DNA from: Acidimicrobiia bacterium
GTDB lineage: Bacteria > Actinomycetota > Acidimicrobiia > IMCC26256 > JAGNEX01
Reading direction: 5' to 3'
NCBI GenBank assembly: GCA_020637365.1
Contig: JACJWE010000001.1
Coordinates: 47,605 to 111,604, forward strand
DNA length: 64,000 bases
In this document: piece by piece, positions 38,509 to 49,252 of the stretch
How positions within the stretch are numbered: the stretch's first letter is position 1
Layout of the letters: each line of letters opens with the position of its first letter
Position numbers and translations under genes: made by a program
Notes under the pieces: generated by a model
What the model saw: the letters and a program-made list of their open reading frames with translations, nothing else
Databases searched by the model: none
What the model was told of the DNA's origin: nothing

Positions 38509-41500
38509 TTGTTTCTCAAATCGCTGACTATCCACGGCTTCAAATCGTTCGCGACCAAACAGGTCTTGGACCTGGAACCAGGTATCTCGGTCGTGGTCGG
38601 CCCCAACGGTTCGGGGAAGTCGAACATCGTCGATGCCGTGGCGTGGGTGCTCGGGGCCCAAGGGGCCCGCGCCCTGCGTGGCGGCGAGATGAAGGATGTC
38701 ATTTTCGGAGGGACGCCAAACCGGCCAGCCCTTGGACGCGCTCAAGTCAGTCTGGTGATCGATAACAGCGATCGCTATCTGCCGATCGACTTCACCGAGG
38801 TCACGATCTCGCGGACGCTGTATCGATCAGGTGATTCGGAGTACGCAATCAACGGTGCTGCCTGCCGTCTGCTCGACATTACCGAGCTTCTGTCAGACAG
38901 CGGGGTGGGTCGCTCGCGCCACGTGATCGTCAGCCAAGGCCACCTCGACGACGTGCTGCGTTCGAAGCCTGAGGACCGTCGGACGATGATCGAGGACGCT
39001 GCTGGGATCCTGAAATTCCGGCGCCGTCGAGAACGTTCGCAACGGCGGTTGGACGACACCGAGAAAGACCTCACCCGCCTGCAAGATCTGTTGCGCGAAG
39101 TACGGCGTCAGATCAAACCGCTCGAGCGTCAGGCCGCAGCGGCGCAACGCCACGGATCACTCGTTGCCGTGCTCGATGGTGTGCGCCTGCGCCAAGCCTC
39201 CGAAGAAGTGGCGGCCCTCAGCGACGATCTCTCTCAATCCGAGATGGCCCAAGCAGACCTCGTGTCTCGGCGTCGCCAGCTCAAAAGTGCACTCGATGAC
39301 CTCGAAGCCGAGATTGCCGAGCGGGAGGCTGCGCTGGTTGACGATGCAGGTGACGGGTTGCGACGCGGCGCATCGAGCGCGGAAACCCTGCTGGAGCGGG
39401 TCAAAGGGCGTCAGCGTCTCGTCGTTGAGAAGCTACGCGGCATCCGGGCATCGATGGATGCCGCAGCAGATGCCAGCGTGGCAGAAACCCTTGTCGCCGA
39501 CCGGGCGTCTTCGTTGGCCCGTCTCGATGAACTCGCCGTCCTTATCAACGACCTCGAACCTGAGCGGCAGCGGGTGATCGAGGCTCGTGAACAACTGAGC
39601 GAACTCGACCGTCAGCTCGACGCCATGCCGGGTCGAGCCAACCAGGAACGACTGACGCGCGAACTCGCCCAAGTAGATGGTGCGCTCAGATCGCATACCA
39701 ACGACGCAGATCGGCTTGGCCAAGAACGAACGAGGCTCGAAAGTCGAATCTCGGAACACGCACAACAACTTGCCGATGCCGACGTCGCTCGACTTCTACG
39801 CACCGACGCCCTTGCGACTGCCAAAGAGGCGGTCGTGCAGGCACAGGAACGACTCGAGCGCAGCGTCGCACGGTCCGAATCGTCTGACGCGGAGTTTGTG
39901 GTTACCGAAGGCGCTGCTGACGCGGCACGCTCTGAACTTTCCAAGGCCACAGCAGCCTTTAACTCGATCCAAACGCAGTTCGACATGGCACGTCAGGCGG
40001 CGGGCGTCGAACGATTTGCCGACATCCCCGGCGTCGTCGGCACGCTCGCCGAACTCGTCGAAGTGCGGGAGTCGGCGACCACGGCGGTGGCGTCGGTACT
40101 TTCTGACCTGGTCAAGGCCATTGTCGTCCAGGATGTCAGCGTCGCTGCGGAGGTGCGAGAACGCGCGCATGCCCATGGTGAGCCGGCACTGATGGTGATT
40201 CGTTCACTGTGCGTATCTGTCCCCGAAATCGAGGTCGGTACGGATTCGCTGGCAAACATGATCCGTTGTTCCGATCCCGTACTTCATCGTTGGCTCCAAC
40301 AGCGCCTCGCCGAGATCTCCGTTACGCGGAATGATTCGCTGGGCGGAGAACCTGGTGGCGGGGGTGCGGGGGCCGGAGTCGGATTCTGGGTGGACGCCAA
40401 CGGCGACCAGTTCGACGGGGCGGTGTGGCGACTCGGCCAGACCGGTGCAGCGACGGTGTCGCGTTCACGTTTGGATGATGCCGCCAAAGCCTTGGCGGAC
40501 GCTCAAAGTCGGGCTGAGGAGCTCTCGGCGGCAGCGAAGATGGCTCGCGTCGAACGCGACGAAATGCGCAACGCTCATCAGCAGGCCGAGAATGAACGTC
40601 GCGGTGCCCAGAGAAATCTCGATCAGGCCGAGCGGGCGCTTGCAACTTTCGACGATGCTCAGGCCGGACATGCGCGGGTCCTTCAAGAGGCCCGCGCTGG
40701 CGTTGCCGAACTGGATGACCGTGAACGTGCGCTGGCGGCCAACCGCGCATCTCTGATGGCCCAGCGTGAACAGCTCACACCCCAGATCCGGGATGCTGAC
40801 GCTCAGGCGGCTCAACGCCGAAACCTTCGCTCGGCACGCGACAAACATGCCCACCGGTGCTCGGAGAGTGCGCGGGCTCTCGAGTTGAGCGAAACGCAGC
40901 TCAATGCCGAGCAGGGGCCAGCTGCAGACCCGTGTGGCCGAACTCGATCGCCGACTTGAGCGACACGCGAGCGAACGTGCTGAGGCCCAAATCCGTCGCC
41001 AGCATCTCGACGATCAGATCATCGCCTATGGGGGTTGCGGTCCGTTTGGGAGCGGTCGAAATCCGCGTCGCTGCTATCGCAACTCGGCTCGCTGCCCAGC
41101 TCCAAGATGTACTCGCAAGCGGACGTGAAGTCACCCGTCAGCTCGCGGAGCTTCGAAGGCAGCGCAGCGGGCTGGTCAAGACCCTGGGGGATTTGTCCGC
41201 TGGCGAAAGCGAGCGGATCGAGCGTCGAGCGACCCTGAAAACCCGTCTCGACACGCTGCTCGAAGCGGTGCTTCGCGAATACGGTCTCAACCCGGAGGCC
41301 CTCGCTGACGTTCCATGTCCTGAGCTTCCTTCGGGTGCGACGCTCGATCAGTATCGACGCGAACTCGAACGCGAGCTGCGTTCGCTCGGCGTTATCAATC
41401 CGCTGGCGGTCGAAGAGTTCGCGGAACTGCGCGAGCGTTCGGAGTTTCTCGAAGGACAGCTCGACGATGTCAAGAAGGCTCGTCGGGAGCTGAACGGCAT

Positions 41501-42092
41501 CATCAGGTCGGTCGATTCCGAAATCGGACAGAAGTTCAGCGACGCCTTTGAAGACGTGTCCTGCCACTTCAGCGACCTGTTCGCCAAGTTGTTCCCCGGT
41601 GGGGAAGGGCGATTGTCGCTGACCGAACCCGATGATCCACTCAACACAGGTGTCGAGATCTTCGTCCAGATCGCCGGTAAGAACGTTCGACGATTGTCGC
41701 TGCTTTCCGGCGGCGAACGGTCGCTCACCTCGATGGCTTTCCTGTTCGCCATCTTTCGGGCACGCCCTTCGCCGTTCTACATTCTCGACGAGGTCGAAGC
41801 CGCGCTCGACGATGTCAACCTCCATCGCTTCCTGGCGCTCCTCGAAGAATTCCGCAAGGAAGCGCAACTTCTCGTCGTCACTCACCAAAAGAGAACGATG
41901 GACGTTGCGGAGTGTCTACACGGCGTGTCTCAGCGGCCAAGCGAGGGAAGTGTCGTCGTGAGTGAGAAGATCGGCGGGTCGGCAGAGCGCGAGCGAGCGT
42001 CCGGCCGGTCGCTTCGCGATCGTTCGGACGACGTTGCATCACATCTGTCGGAGCCTCAGGCCACCCCAGCGGAGATAGGGACTCATGGATAG
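38509..42092 (+). pseudogene. smc: Chromosome segregation protein SMC, two frameshifts in the second coiled-coil arm
   Basis: N-terminal LKSLTIHGFKSF...GPNGSGKSN, long coiled coils, hinge, and C-terminal LSGGERSLTSMAFLFAIF...PFYILDEVEAALDD...THQKRTM. Frames switch near 40914..40919 and 41030..41034. The intermediate 110 nt reads correctly only in the third frame (QLQTRVAELDRRLERHASERAEAQIRRQHLDDQII). Confidence 0.9.
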
Positions 42093-43374
42093 CCTTGTAC
42101 CGATTTTGGTCATTGGACTGCTCGTCGTATTGGCGCTTGGTCTGATGCTTGGGTCTCGCGTGGGTGCCAAACGAGACGAACAGGCCAAGTCCCAGCGCGA
42201 TGTAAAGAAGTCGCCCGCGGTTCAACGGTCGGCTGGCGCGTCTGAGCGATCTCCCGATAGCGGACAAGCGTCGAACGCCGTGGCGGATGTAGATGCCGAC
42301 GGCACCGAAGCTGTGGGCGTCGAAGCTGGTCATGGCACTGCCCCCGGCACGGCCGCGCCTGCGGATGAACTTGAGGTGGTGGAGATCGCCATCGTGGAGG
42401 AGTCCCCCGGGGAACCGTCGGGCTCAGAGACGGTTCGCGACGCCGACGAGGGTGAACCAGACCGCAGTGAAGGCTGGCTCCGCCGGAGGTTGTCCAAGGC
42501 TCGGGCGCTGCTGGGCGATTACGTATCGGATCTGCGGCAGCGTTCAAAGCTCGATGCCGAAGTCTGGGACGAACTCGAAGAAGCTCTCATTCGGGCTGAT
42601 GTGGGCGTGGCTGCAACCACGCGGATCATCGAAGAACTTCAAAGCCAAGCAAAGTCCGAGGGGTGGCAGGCGCCAGCTGAGGCATTGGATGCTCTGCGCG
42701 CTCGACTGGTCCAAGAACTGGGGTCGAAGGACCGAACGCTGCATACCCGCAACGATGAGCTCACGATATGGATGTTTGTCGGCGTCAATGGCGTCGGCAA
42801 AACGACGACGATTGGAAAGCTCGCACAACGCGCCGTCCGCGCCGATGAAACCGTCGTCTTGGCGGCTGGCGACACGTTCCGCGCCGCGGCTTCTGAGCAG
42901 CTTGCGATGTGGGGAGAGCGTGTCGGTGCTCACACCGTCCGATCGCACGAAGGTGCCGATCCGGCGTCGGTTGTCTTTGACGCCGTCGATTCGGCAACCG
43001 CTCGGGATGCATCGTTATTGCTCGTCGATACGGCTGGCAGGTTGCACACCAAGACCAACTTGATGGAAGAGCTCAAAAAGCTCAAGCGGGTCGTCGACCG
43101 TCAACCAGGTGCGCTTCAAGAGGTGCTGTTGGTGATGGACGCAACTACGGGTCAAAACGGGCTCGCTCAGGCGCGGATCTTTGCCGAGGCCGTCGATGTC
43201 ACCGGCATTGTCCTGACCAAACTCGATGGAACAGCAAAGGGTGGCATCGTGTTGGCCATCCAAGAAGAACTTGGACTGCCTGTCAAGGTGGTTGGCGTAG
43301 GCGAGCGAGCAGACGATCTGATCGACTTCGATCCCGAAGCATTTGTCGATGCGCTGCTCGGATCTGACGATTAG
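42085..43374 (+). CDS. ftsY: Signal recognition particle receptor FtsY
   Basis: Acidic N-domain, then NG domain: [33 protein letters not shown]. Confidence 0.93.
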   Translation: MDSLVPILVIGLLVVLALGLMLGSRVGAKRDEQAKSQRDVKKSPAVQRSAGASERSPDSGQASNAVADVDADGTEAVGVEAGHGTAPGTAAPADELEVVEIAIVEESPGEPSGSETVRDADEGEPDRSEGWLRRRLSKARALLGDYVSDLRQRSKLDAEVWDELEEALIRADVGVAATTRIIEELQSQAKSEGWQAPAEALDALRARLVQELGSKDRTLHTRNDELTIWMFVGVNGVGKTTTIGKLAQRAVRADETVVLAAGDTFRAAASEQLAMWGERVGAHTVRSHEGADPASVVFDAVDSATARDASLLLVDTAGRLHTKTNLMEELKKLKRVVDRQPGALQEVLLVMDATTGQNGLAQARIFAEAVDVTGIVLTKLDGTAKGGIVLAIQEELGLPVKVVGVGERADDLIDFDPEAFVDALLGSDD

Positions 43375-43382
43375 GAACAGAC

Positions 43383-44705
43383 ATGTTTGACGCACTGTCG
43401 TCGCGCTTCGACGGCATTTTTGCTCGGCTGAAGAGCCGAGGGAAGCTCACCGAGTCCGATGTCGACGACGCGATGCGAGAGATCCGTCTTGCGCTGCTCG
43501 AAGCCGACGTCAACTTCCGTGTGGTCAAGAGCTTCGTCCGCCGAGTGCGTGAGCGAGCGATGGGTGAAGACGTCGCTGCGAGCCTCACGCCGGGGCAGAT
43601 GGTCGTCAAGATCGTTCACGAAGAGCTGATCAACACCCTCGGTGGTTCGACTGGCACCATTTCGGTCAATCCGAAGCCCCCGACCGTGATTCTGATGGCT
43701 GGCCTCCAGGGTGCTGGTAAGACAACGGCGGTGGGCAAACTCGCCCGTTTGCTGAAGAGTCAGGGGCATCAACCGCTCCTCGTCGGTGCCGACCTGCAGC
43801 GCCCTGCGGCGGTCGAGCAGCTGCGGACCCTCGGACGACAAGTCGATGTTCCCGTGTACTCCGAGCCGATCGGTCCTGTGGCGGTCGCCGAGGCTGCTCG
43901 TGCCAAGGCGTCGGAATTGGGCCGTAACATCGTCATCGTCGACACCGCCGGTCGACTCGCCATCGATGCGGAACTAATGGAGGAACTCGCTCAGGTCAAG
44001 GCTGCCGTACGTCCTGATACGACCTTGTTGGTCATCGATTCGATGATCGGACAAGAAGCGGTCGCAACGGCGGAGGCCTTCCACGAAACCGTCCCGATCG
44101 ATGGTGTCATCCTGACCAAGATCGACGGTGATGCCCGAGGCGGGGCCGCTCTGTCGGTCAAAGAAGTGCTCGACCGTCCCATCATGTACGTCGGTACCGG
44201 TGAAAAGCTCGAAGACTTCGAGATGTTCCACCCCGACCGCATGGCGTCTCGGATCTTGGGCATGGGCGACGTACTCACGCTGATCGAAAAGGCCGAAGCA
44301 ACCTACGACATGGACGTCGCTTCTCGGGCTGAGCAGCGCCTACGCGAGGGACATTTCACGCTCGAAGACTTTCTTGAGCAGATGCAGCAGCTGAAGAAGA
44401 TGGGGTCGTTCAACAAGATTCTCGGCCTCCTGCCCGGCGTTCCCAAAGAACTCAAGAATGCGCAGGTCGATGATCGGGAACTTGCCCGGGTTGAAGCCAT
44501 CATTCAATCGATGACCCCCGAAGAACGACGCAATCCAAACCTGATCAACGGTTCTCGTCGGTTGCGCATCGCCCGCGGGTCGGGAATGCGGACATCGGAT
44601 GTCAATGCGTTGCTCAAACAATTCAAGACCATGCAGCAGATGATGGGTCAGATGGCCAAGGGCAAACGGCCCAAGCTGCCTTTTGGGCAGATCCCCGGGA
44701 TGTAG
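43383..44705 (+). CDS. ffh: Signal recognition particle protein Ffh
   Basis: MAGLQGAGKTTAVGKLA, DTAGRL, TKIDGDARGGAALS, and a Met-rich M domain (LKQFKTMQQMMGQM). Confidence 0.95.
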   Translation: MFDALSSRFDGIFARLKSRGKLTESDVDDAMREIRLALLEADVNFRVVKSFVRRVRERAMGEDVAASLTPGQMVVKIVHEELINTLGGSTGTISVNPKPPTVILMAGLQGAGKTTAVGKLARLLKSQGHQPLLVGADLQRPAAVEQLRTLGRQVDVPVYSEPIGPVAVAEAARAKASELGRNIVIVDTAGRLAIDAELMEELAQVKAAVRPDTTLLVIDSMIGQEAVATAEAFHETVPIDGVILTKIDGDARGGAALSVKEVLDRPIMYVGTGEKLEDFEMFHPDRMASRILGMGDVLTLIEKAEATYDMDVASRAEQRLREGHFTLEDFLEQMQQLKKMGSFNKILGLLPGVPKELKNAQVDDRELARVEAIIQSMTPEERRNPNLINGSRRLRIARGSGMRTSDVNALLKQFKTMQQMMGQMAKGKRPKLPFGQIPGM

Positions 44706-44846
44706 CGATCGCTACTTGTTCGCCGATCAGGTGCTTGGGTGCCGGGCTGAGTACACTGGCCCGCTTGTGCCCAGAGCTTGGGGCAACGGGGTCGTGGCTG
44801 GTATGCCAGACCCGAACGGTGAGTAGATACGAAGGGTAGACCTACC

Positions 44847-45119
44847 GTGGCAGTCAAGATTCGCCTCATGCGTGGCGGTAAGAAGAAGCAGCCGACGTAC
44901 CGCGTCGTAGTCGCGGACGAGCGCTCTCCACGCGATGGCCGGTTCGTCGAGATCATCGGCTTCTACAACCCGCGCCAAGAACCCTCCGTGGTCGAGATCG
45001 ACAACGAACGTGCGGCTCACTGGCTGTCCGTTGGTGCTCAACCGACCGATGCCGTGGCTAAATTGCTCAAGATTTCTGGTGCTATGAACGCCGCTCCCGC
45101 AACGGAAGGCGCCAAATGA
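44847..45119 (+). CDS. rpsP: 30S ribosomal protein S16
   Basis: [42 protein letters not shown] is canonical S16. GTG start. Confidence 0.93.
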   Translation: MAVKIRLMRGGKKKQPTYRVVVADERSPRDGRFVEIIGFYNPRQEPSVVEIDNERAAHWLSVGAQPTDAVAKLLKISGAMNAAPATEGAK

Positions 45120-45403
45120 CGGCGCTGGATGCAAACGGGGATTTCGACGGAAACCGCGTGCCTGGTGCCGTGCCCGAGAACGTATTGCGCACGGTCGTTA
45201 TGGGCATTGTGGACGACGCTGAAGCCGTTGAGATCGACCGCGCTGAGGGCGACAATTCCATCAGCTTCACCGTGCACGTCGCCTCTGGTGACGTCGGTCG
45301 AGTGATCGGTCGCCATGGCCGGACCGCTCAAGCAATTCGGCAAGTCGTTCACGCGTCAGCGTTCCCCGAAGGTCTGACGGTCGACGTCGACTTTGCCGAC
45401 TGA
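45116..45403 (+). CDS. KH-domain RNA-binding protein (YlqC/UPF0109-like)
   Basis: [21 protein letters not shown] contains the KH GXXG motif. It lies between rpsP and rimM as usual. Confidence 0.85.
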   Translation: MTALDANGDFDGNRVPGAVPENVLRTVVMGIVDDAEAVEIDRAEGDNSISFTVHVASGDVGRVIGRHGRTAQAIRQVVHASAFPEGLTVDVDFAD

Positions 45404-45447
45404 CGGTCCTTTCCAGGAGCCGACGAGTTTGAATCAGCAGGTGGGCA

Positions 45448-45969
45448 ATGGCCGCCACCGGTGAGATGTCTGAACCTGACGACCACGTCACGCGGATGCT
45501 TGAAGTCGCCGTCGTCGGCAAGCCACATGGCCTCCGGGGCGAGGTCTACGTGCGTCCCATCTCAAACATTCCGGAGCGCTTTGCCGTCGGCGCCGTGTTC
45601 TCCTCAGATCGCGGCGGGTTGGAGATCGCCTCGGTGCGCTGGCACGGCGATCGCATGCTGATCCGGTTCGCGGGGTCTGCGGATCGTTCCGATGCCGAAG
45701 CGCTCAGAGGGACCGTTCTCAAGGCGGCTGCCTCCAGCGATGAGGATCCCGATGATCTGTGGAGCCATCAGCTCATCGGCGCGGCCGTGATCGACCAGAA
45801 CGGACGTGAACGCGGCGTTGTTCGCTCGATTCTCGACAACCCCGCTCACGACATCTTGGAACTCGCCGATCGTACGTTGGTGCCGACCGTGTTCATCACG
45901 TCGGTCGATCCGGCGGCCCGCCACATCCACGTGACCGTCCCCGACGGAATCTTTGAGGGCGACGCGTGA
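45448..45969 (+). CDS. rimM: 16S rRNA processing protein RimM
   Basis: LEVAVVGKPHGLRGEVYVRP... plus a PRC-barrel C-terminus, in the conserved position. Confidence 0.88.
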   Translation: MAATGEMSEPDDHVTRMLEVAVVGKPHGLRGEVYVRPISNIPERFAVGAVFSSDRGGLEIASVRWHGDRMLIRFAGSADRSDAEALRGTVLKAAASSDEDPDDLWSHQLIGAAVIDQNGRERGVVRSILDNPAHDILELADRTLVPTVFITSVDPAARHIHVTVPDGIFEGDA

Positions 45970-46778
45970 CCCCGGACGGGCCCGAGGTTCCGTCGCTTGC
46001 CTTCCGCGTTGACGTTTTTTCGGTGTTTCCCTCGCTGATCGAAGGCGCACTGAACGACTCGGTGATCGGACGAGCCCGCAGCCTTGGCGCCCTCGATCTG
46101 AGATGTCACGATCCTCGTAACTGGGCGACCGATCGTCATCGCAGTGTCGACGACACGCCTTTTGGCGGCGGTGCTGGCATGGTGATGAGCCCTGGCCCGC
46201 TCTTTGACGCTGTCGACGCCGTCCAACCGGTTCGGCCGCTGTTGCTGATGTCCGCATCCGGGCGACGGTTCGACCAGGCATTTGCTGAGGAACTCGCGAA
46301 GTCTGGTGGTTTCTCCATCGTGTGCGGCCGGTACGAAGGGGTAGATCAGCGTGTCGCTGACCACCTGTGCGATGCCGAGGTGTCCGTCGGCGATTTCGTC
46401 CTGTCCGGCGGCGAACCCGCCGCAGCGGTCGTGATCGATGCGACGGCGCGTCTGCTGCCGGGTGTTCTCGGCAACGATATTTCGCTCACTGAAGAGTCCT
46501 ATGCGGCGAGTCGACTCGAGTACCCCCTTACTACACGAGACCGGCGACGTTTCGTGGTTGGTCGGTGCCGTCGGTGTTGTTGTCCGGTCACCATGCCAAG
46601 ATCCGCCGCTGGCGACTGGCTCAAGCGCTCGAACGTACGCGCCCGCCGTCCGGACCTGTTGGAGCAGGCGCCCCCCACCCAAGAGGAACTCGCGTCCGTC
46701 GACGAGTTCGGCCTTGCCGGCGAGGTTGAGGCGAACATCGAGGTCGACGGTTCGATGCACGATGAAGCAGCTGGCTGA
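45966..46778 (+). CDS. trmD: tRNA (guanine37-N1)-methyltransferase TrmD. The ORF stays open but holds a compensated -1/+1 indel pair.
   Basis: [11 protein letters not shown]..., [37 protein letters not shown]. Between 46528 and about 46643 the conserved sequence [39 protein letters not shown] is readable only in the +2 frame. Confidence 0.9.
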   Translation: MTPDGPEVPSLAFRVDVFSVFPSLIEGALNDSVIGRARSLGALDLRCHDPRNWATDRHRSVDDTPFGGGAGMVMSPGPLFDAVDAVQPVRPLLLMSASGRRFDQAFAEELAKSGGFSIVCGRYEGVDQRVADHLCDAEVSVGDFVLSGGEPAAAVVIDATARLLPGVLGNDISLTEESYAASRLEYPLTTRDRRRFVVGRCRRCCCPVTMPRSAAGDWLKRSNVRARRPDLLEQAPPTQEELASVDEFGLAGEVEANIEVDGSMHDEAAG

Positions 46779-46953
46779 GACAGCATGTCTTTGTTGCCGA
46801 GAATCGATCTCGGCTGAACATGTTTTAGGTCCGTCGCTGACGTAAGCTGCCACGCTTGTGTCTGGGGTCGGGAATCCGTGATCCCAGAGCGGCATTGGGC
46901 CGCACACGGTTTGCGTCACCGGAGAATATGGGCGCATCGAGGAGCCAGTCGCC

Positions 46954-47277
46954 ATGAAGGCAACAGACGTCATCGACAAGGGTCAGCAGCGCGAAGACAT
47001 TCCCGAATTTGGCGCGGGGGACCGGCTCAAGGTGCACGTAAGAATTGTCGAAGGTACACGTGAGCGTGTGCAGGTGTTCGAGGGCTACGTCATCGGGCGC
47101 CAAGGTGGTGGCACCCGCGAGACATTCACAGTCCGCAAGATCAGCTTTGGCGTTGGTGTAGAGCGCATCTTCCCGCTGCACTCACCAACCATCGAAAAGA
47201 TTGAGGTCGTCGCTCGTGGCGATGTACGTCGAGCGAAGCTCACATACCTCCGTGACCGGGTCGGCAAGGCTGCCTGA
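46954..47277 (+). CDS. rplS: 50S ribosomal protein L19
   Basis: [63 protein letters not shown] is canonical L19. Confidence 0.95.
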   Translation: MKATDVIDKGQQREDIPEFGAGDRLKVHVRIVEGTRERVQVFEGYVIGRQGGGTRETFTVRKISFGVGVERIFPLHSPTIEKIEVVARGDVRRAKLTYLRDRVGKAA

Positions 47278-47329
47278 GTCCGGGAAAAGCGCTACTGAGT
47301 CGTCGCTTCTCGGTTGGTCCCCGGTCCTT

Positions 47330-47975
47330 TTGGACCGGCGGGGTTCTGGGGCCGCGCTCGATGTTGCCCACAAGCCAAGGGCGCTCTGGAAAGAAGTCGC
47401 CGTTCTTCTGCTCGTGGCGGTACTCCTAGCCCTGCTGGTGCGGGCACTCTTGTTTGAGGTCTTTTCATTCCCTCGGAATCGATGGAGGCAACCTTGGCGC
47501 CGGGGAACGAGTCGCCGTGTCTTCTTTTTCCCCCTCGACGATGGTGATACGCCCGAACGCGGTGACGTGGTCGTGTTCCAGCCGACCCAAGAACAGCTCG
47601 GCGGACGTTCAGCTCCCGACGAGCCGGTCGCCACCTGGTTCAAACCTTTCCATGCGATTTTGCAGGCCGTGCATTTGATCCCCCGTCGACCGAGGACTAC
47701 ATCAAGCGGGTCGTCGCGTTACCGGGGAGACGGTCGAAGGTCGCGACGGAGCGGTATATATCAACGGCACCAGATTGGTCGAGCCGTATCTGGGTGAGGG
47801 CATCTCGACCGGTGCTTTTGAATCGGTCGTCGTGCCGGAGGGCACCGTGTGGGTGATGGGCGACAATCGCAGCAACTCGCGCGACAGTCGTTATATCGGA
47901 CCGATTTCGCTCGACCAGATCGAAGGTCGAGCGGTGATGCGGGTGTGGCCGCTCAATCGGGTCAGTCGCCTGTAA
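47330..47975 (+). pseudogene. lepB: Signal peptidase I, about five frameshifts within 270 nt
   Basis: TM segment LWKEVAVLLLVAVLLALLVRALLFEVF, then motifs recovered by frame hopping: IPSESMEATLAPG, ERVAV, FFPLDDGDTPERGDVVVFQP, DYIKRVVALPG, ETVEGRDGAVYINGTRL, VMGDNRSNSRDSRYIGPIS. Switches lie at homopolymer runs 47462..47465, 47502..47505, 47680..47684 and 47724..47727, and near 47515. The start is uncertain. Confidence 0.85.
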
Positions 47976-48101
47976 TCGGGCGGTCGGCGTCATTCTTTAA
48001 GCACGGGTTTTCGTTACTTTCAAGGCGACAAACGTTCAGACTCACGCCGTAGGATGACGACATGGCCCATCACTCTGGAGCGACGTCATGAGAGTCGGCG
48101 G

Positions 48102-48395
48102 ATGAGTCCCGAGGATCTGGAGCGTTACGAGAGTGAAGTCGAGCTGCAGCTCTATCGCGAGTACCGCGATGTCGTTGCGCTCTTCAAGTTCGTGGTCGAA
48201 ACCGAGCGCCGGTTTTATTTGGCCAACCAGGTCGAGCTGACTCCCCGAACCACGGGGGACCGCTCCTACTTTGAAGTCTCCATGACCGACGCCTGGGTCT
48301 GGGATATGTACCGCCCGGCGCGGTTCGTAACCAAAGTCCGCGTCCTGACATTTTCCGATGTCAACATTGAGGAGCTTCCACACGCCACCGAATAG
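48102..48395 (+). CDS. DUF2469 family protein (actinobacterial conserved)
   Basis: MSPEDLERYESEVELQLYREYRDVVALFKFVVETERRFYLANQV...YFEVSMTDAWVWDMYRPARFV closely matches my recollection of the family. The ORF may start at 48054. Confidence 0.85.
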   Translation: MSPEDLERYESEVELQLYREYRDVVALFKFVVETERRFYLANQVELTPRTTGDRSYFEVSMTDAWVWDMYRPARFVTKVRVLTFSDVNIEELPHATE

Positions 48396-48409
48396 TCGAG
48401 GAGCGACCG

Positions 48410-48814
48410 GTGAGTGTGTTGCGAAAGCGTCTGGGTGATGCTGGCGAGCGTCTAGCTCGCGAGTGGTACGAGGAGCGGGGTTATGACTGGGTGACCAGTA
48501 ACTGGCGTTGTCCTCAGGGTGAGGTCGATCTGGTCGTGCGACGTCCGGGCCTCTTGGTGTTCTGCGAGGTGAAGACTCGTCGTTCAGCTGGTTTTGGCGA
48601 CCCACGTGAGGCGATAACGCGGTTGAAGCTCGCGACGATGAGGCACGTGGCCGGGGCGTACTTGGCGGCACAGCAGGAGGCTCATGCAGGTAACGACAAC
48701 GAAGCGATAGGTGTCGTGAACCTGAAGGGCGCCGACACGATCCGTTTGGATGTGGCCTGTGTGTATTGGGGGCAGCCCCCGCGCGTACAGATCGTCGCAG
48801 GGGTCGGTGACTAA
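48410..48814 (+). CDS. yraN: YraN family (UPF0102) endonuclease-like protein
   Basis: LGDAGERLAREWYEERGYDWVTSNWRCPQGEVDLVVRRPGLLVFCEVKTRRS is the typical YraN core. Confidence 0.85.
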   Translation: MSVLRKRLGDAGERLAREWYEERGYDWVTSNWRCPQGEVDLVVRRPGLLVFCEVKTRRSAGFGDPREAITRLKLATMRHVAGAYLAAQQEAHAGNDNEAIGVVNLKGADTIRLDVACVYWGQPPRVQIVAGVGD

Positions 48815-48959
48815 CCGGGCGCACAAGACCCGCCCTGCTGTTTCGCCGTATCCTCACCCCGCTCGTGCCCGCATCGCCGGGTACCCATGGAGAGTCACCC
48901 ACGTAGATGGTTGTTCCGCAAGCCTCCAGCGCCCGGCCGGAGTGGACGGAAAATATCGT

Positions 48960-49070
48960 TTAGCCGAAGAGACCCCAGATGACCAGGGCCACGGTGATCA
49001 GCACCGCAGCACCCACAAAGACGATGTCGCTACTGCGCTTCACGCGCTTTCTGTGCGGGTTGTAGCCCAT
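48960..49070 (-). CDS. Possible 36-aa single-pass membrane peptide
   Basis: MGYNPHRKRVKRSSDIVFVGAAVLITVALVIWGLFG has a basic N-terminus and one TM helix. There is no clear RBS and no family known to me. Confidence 0.3.
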   Translation of the reverse strand: MGYNPHRKRVKRSSDIVFVGAAVLITVALVIWGLFG

Positions 49071-49252
49071 GGAGAGCCAGGTTACACCTGACTCCTCACG
49101 GGCCCTTTCACGTGGCAGGCCCGTCCTATGCGGTCGGTCTGGTGCGCCAGGCTGGCGTCGAATGAGGCTGACCATTCAGTTCAACGAGCCTGGTTCTCTG
49201 TGTCGGGTTGACGCGCAGCGCCATCTGCAGATCCGCCCGGGGCAGATGACGG

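Noticed and set aside
41019-41888. 289-aa minus-strand ORF inside smc. The same applies to 57520..58500 (antisense tsf), 59875..60795 (antisense cdsA extension), 61604..62434 (antisense dxr), 11432..12253 and 21680..22402.
   Set aside because: All lie opposite confidently identified genes and show no family resemblance. Long antisense ORFs are expected at this GC content.
44702-44715. Perfect 14-bp palindrome GTAGCGATCGCTAC overlapping the ffh stop, considered as a terminator or dif-like site.
   Set aside because: With a minimal loop it gives only a 5-bp stem. It does not resemble the 28-bp dif consensus. It is probably a chance palindrome around a GATC.
45846-46979. 377-aa minus-strand ORF, and the 225-aa ORF at 45604..46281.
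   Set aside because: Both are antisense to rimM/trmD and cross the trmD-rplS spacer. Neither has motifs. They are shadow ORFs.
47450-47730. Programmed ribosomal frameshifting as the explanation for the frame changes in lepB, hppA, smc and the other broken genes.
   Set aside because: Multiple shifts per gene in both directions, at plain mononucleotide runs, with no slippery heptamer plus downstream structure. None of these gene families is known to use recoding.
48042-48902. 286-aa minus-strand ORF.
   Set aside because: It is antisense to the DUF2469 and yraN genes. Its composition is Pro/Arg/Ser-rich and non-protein-like.
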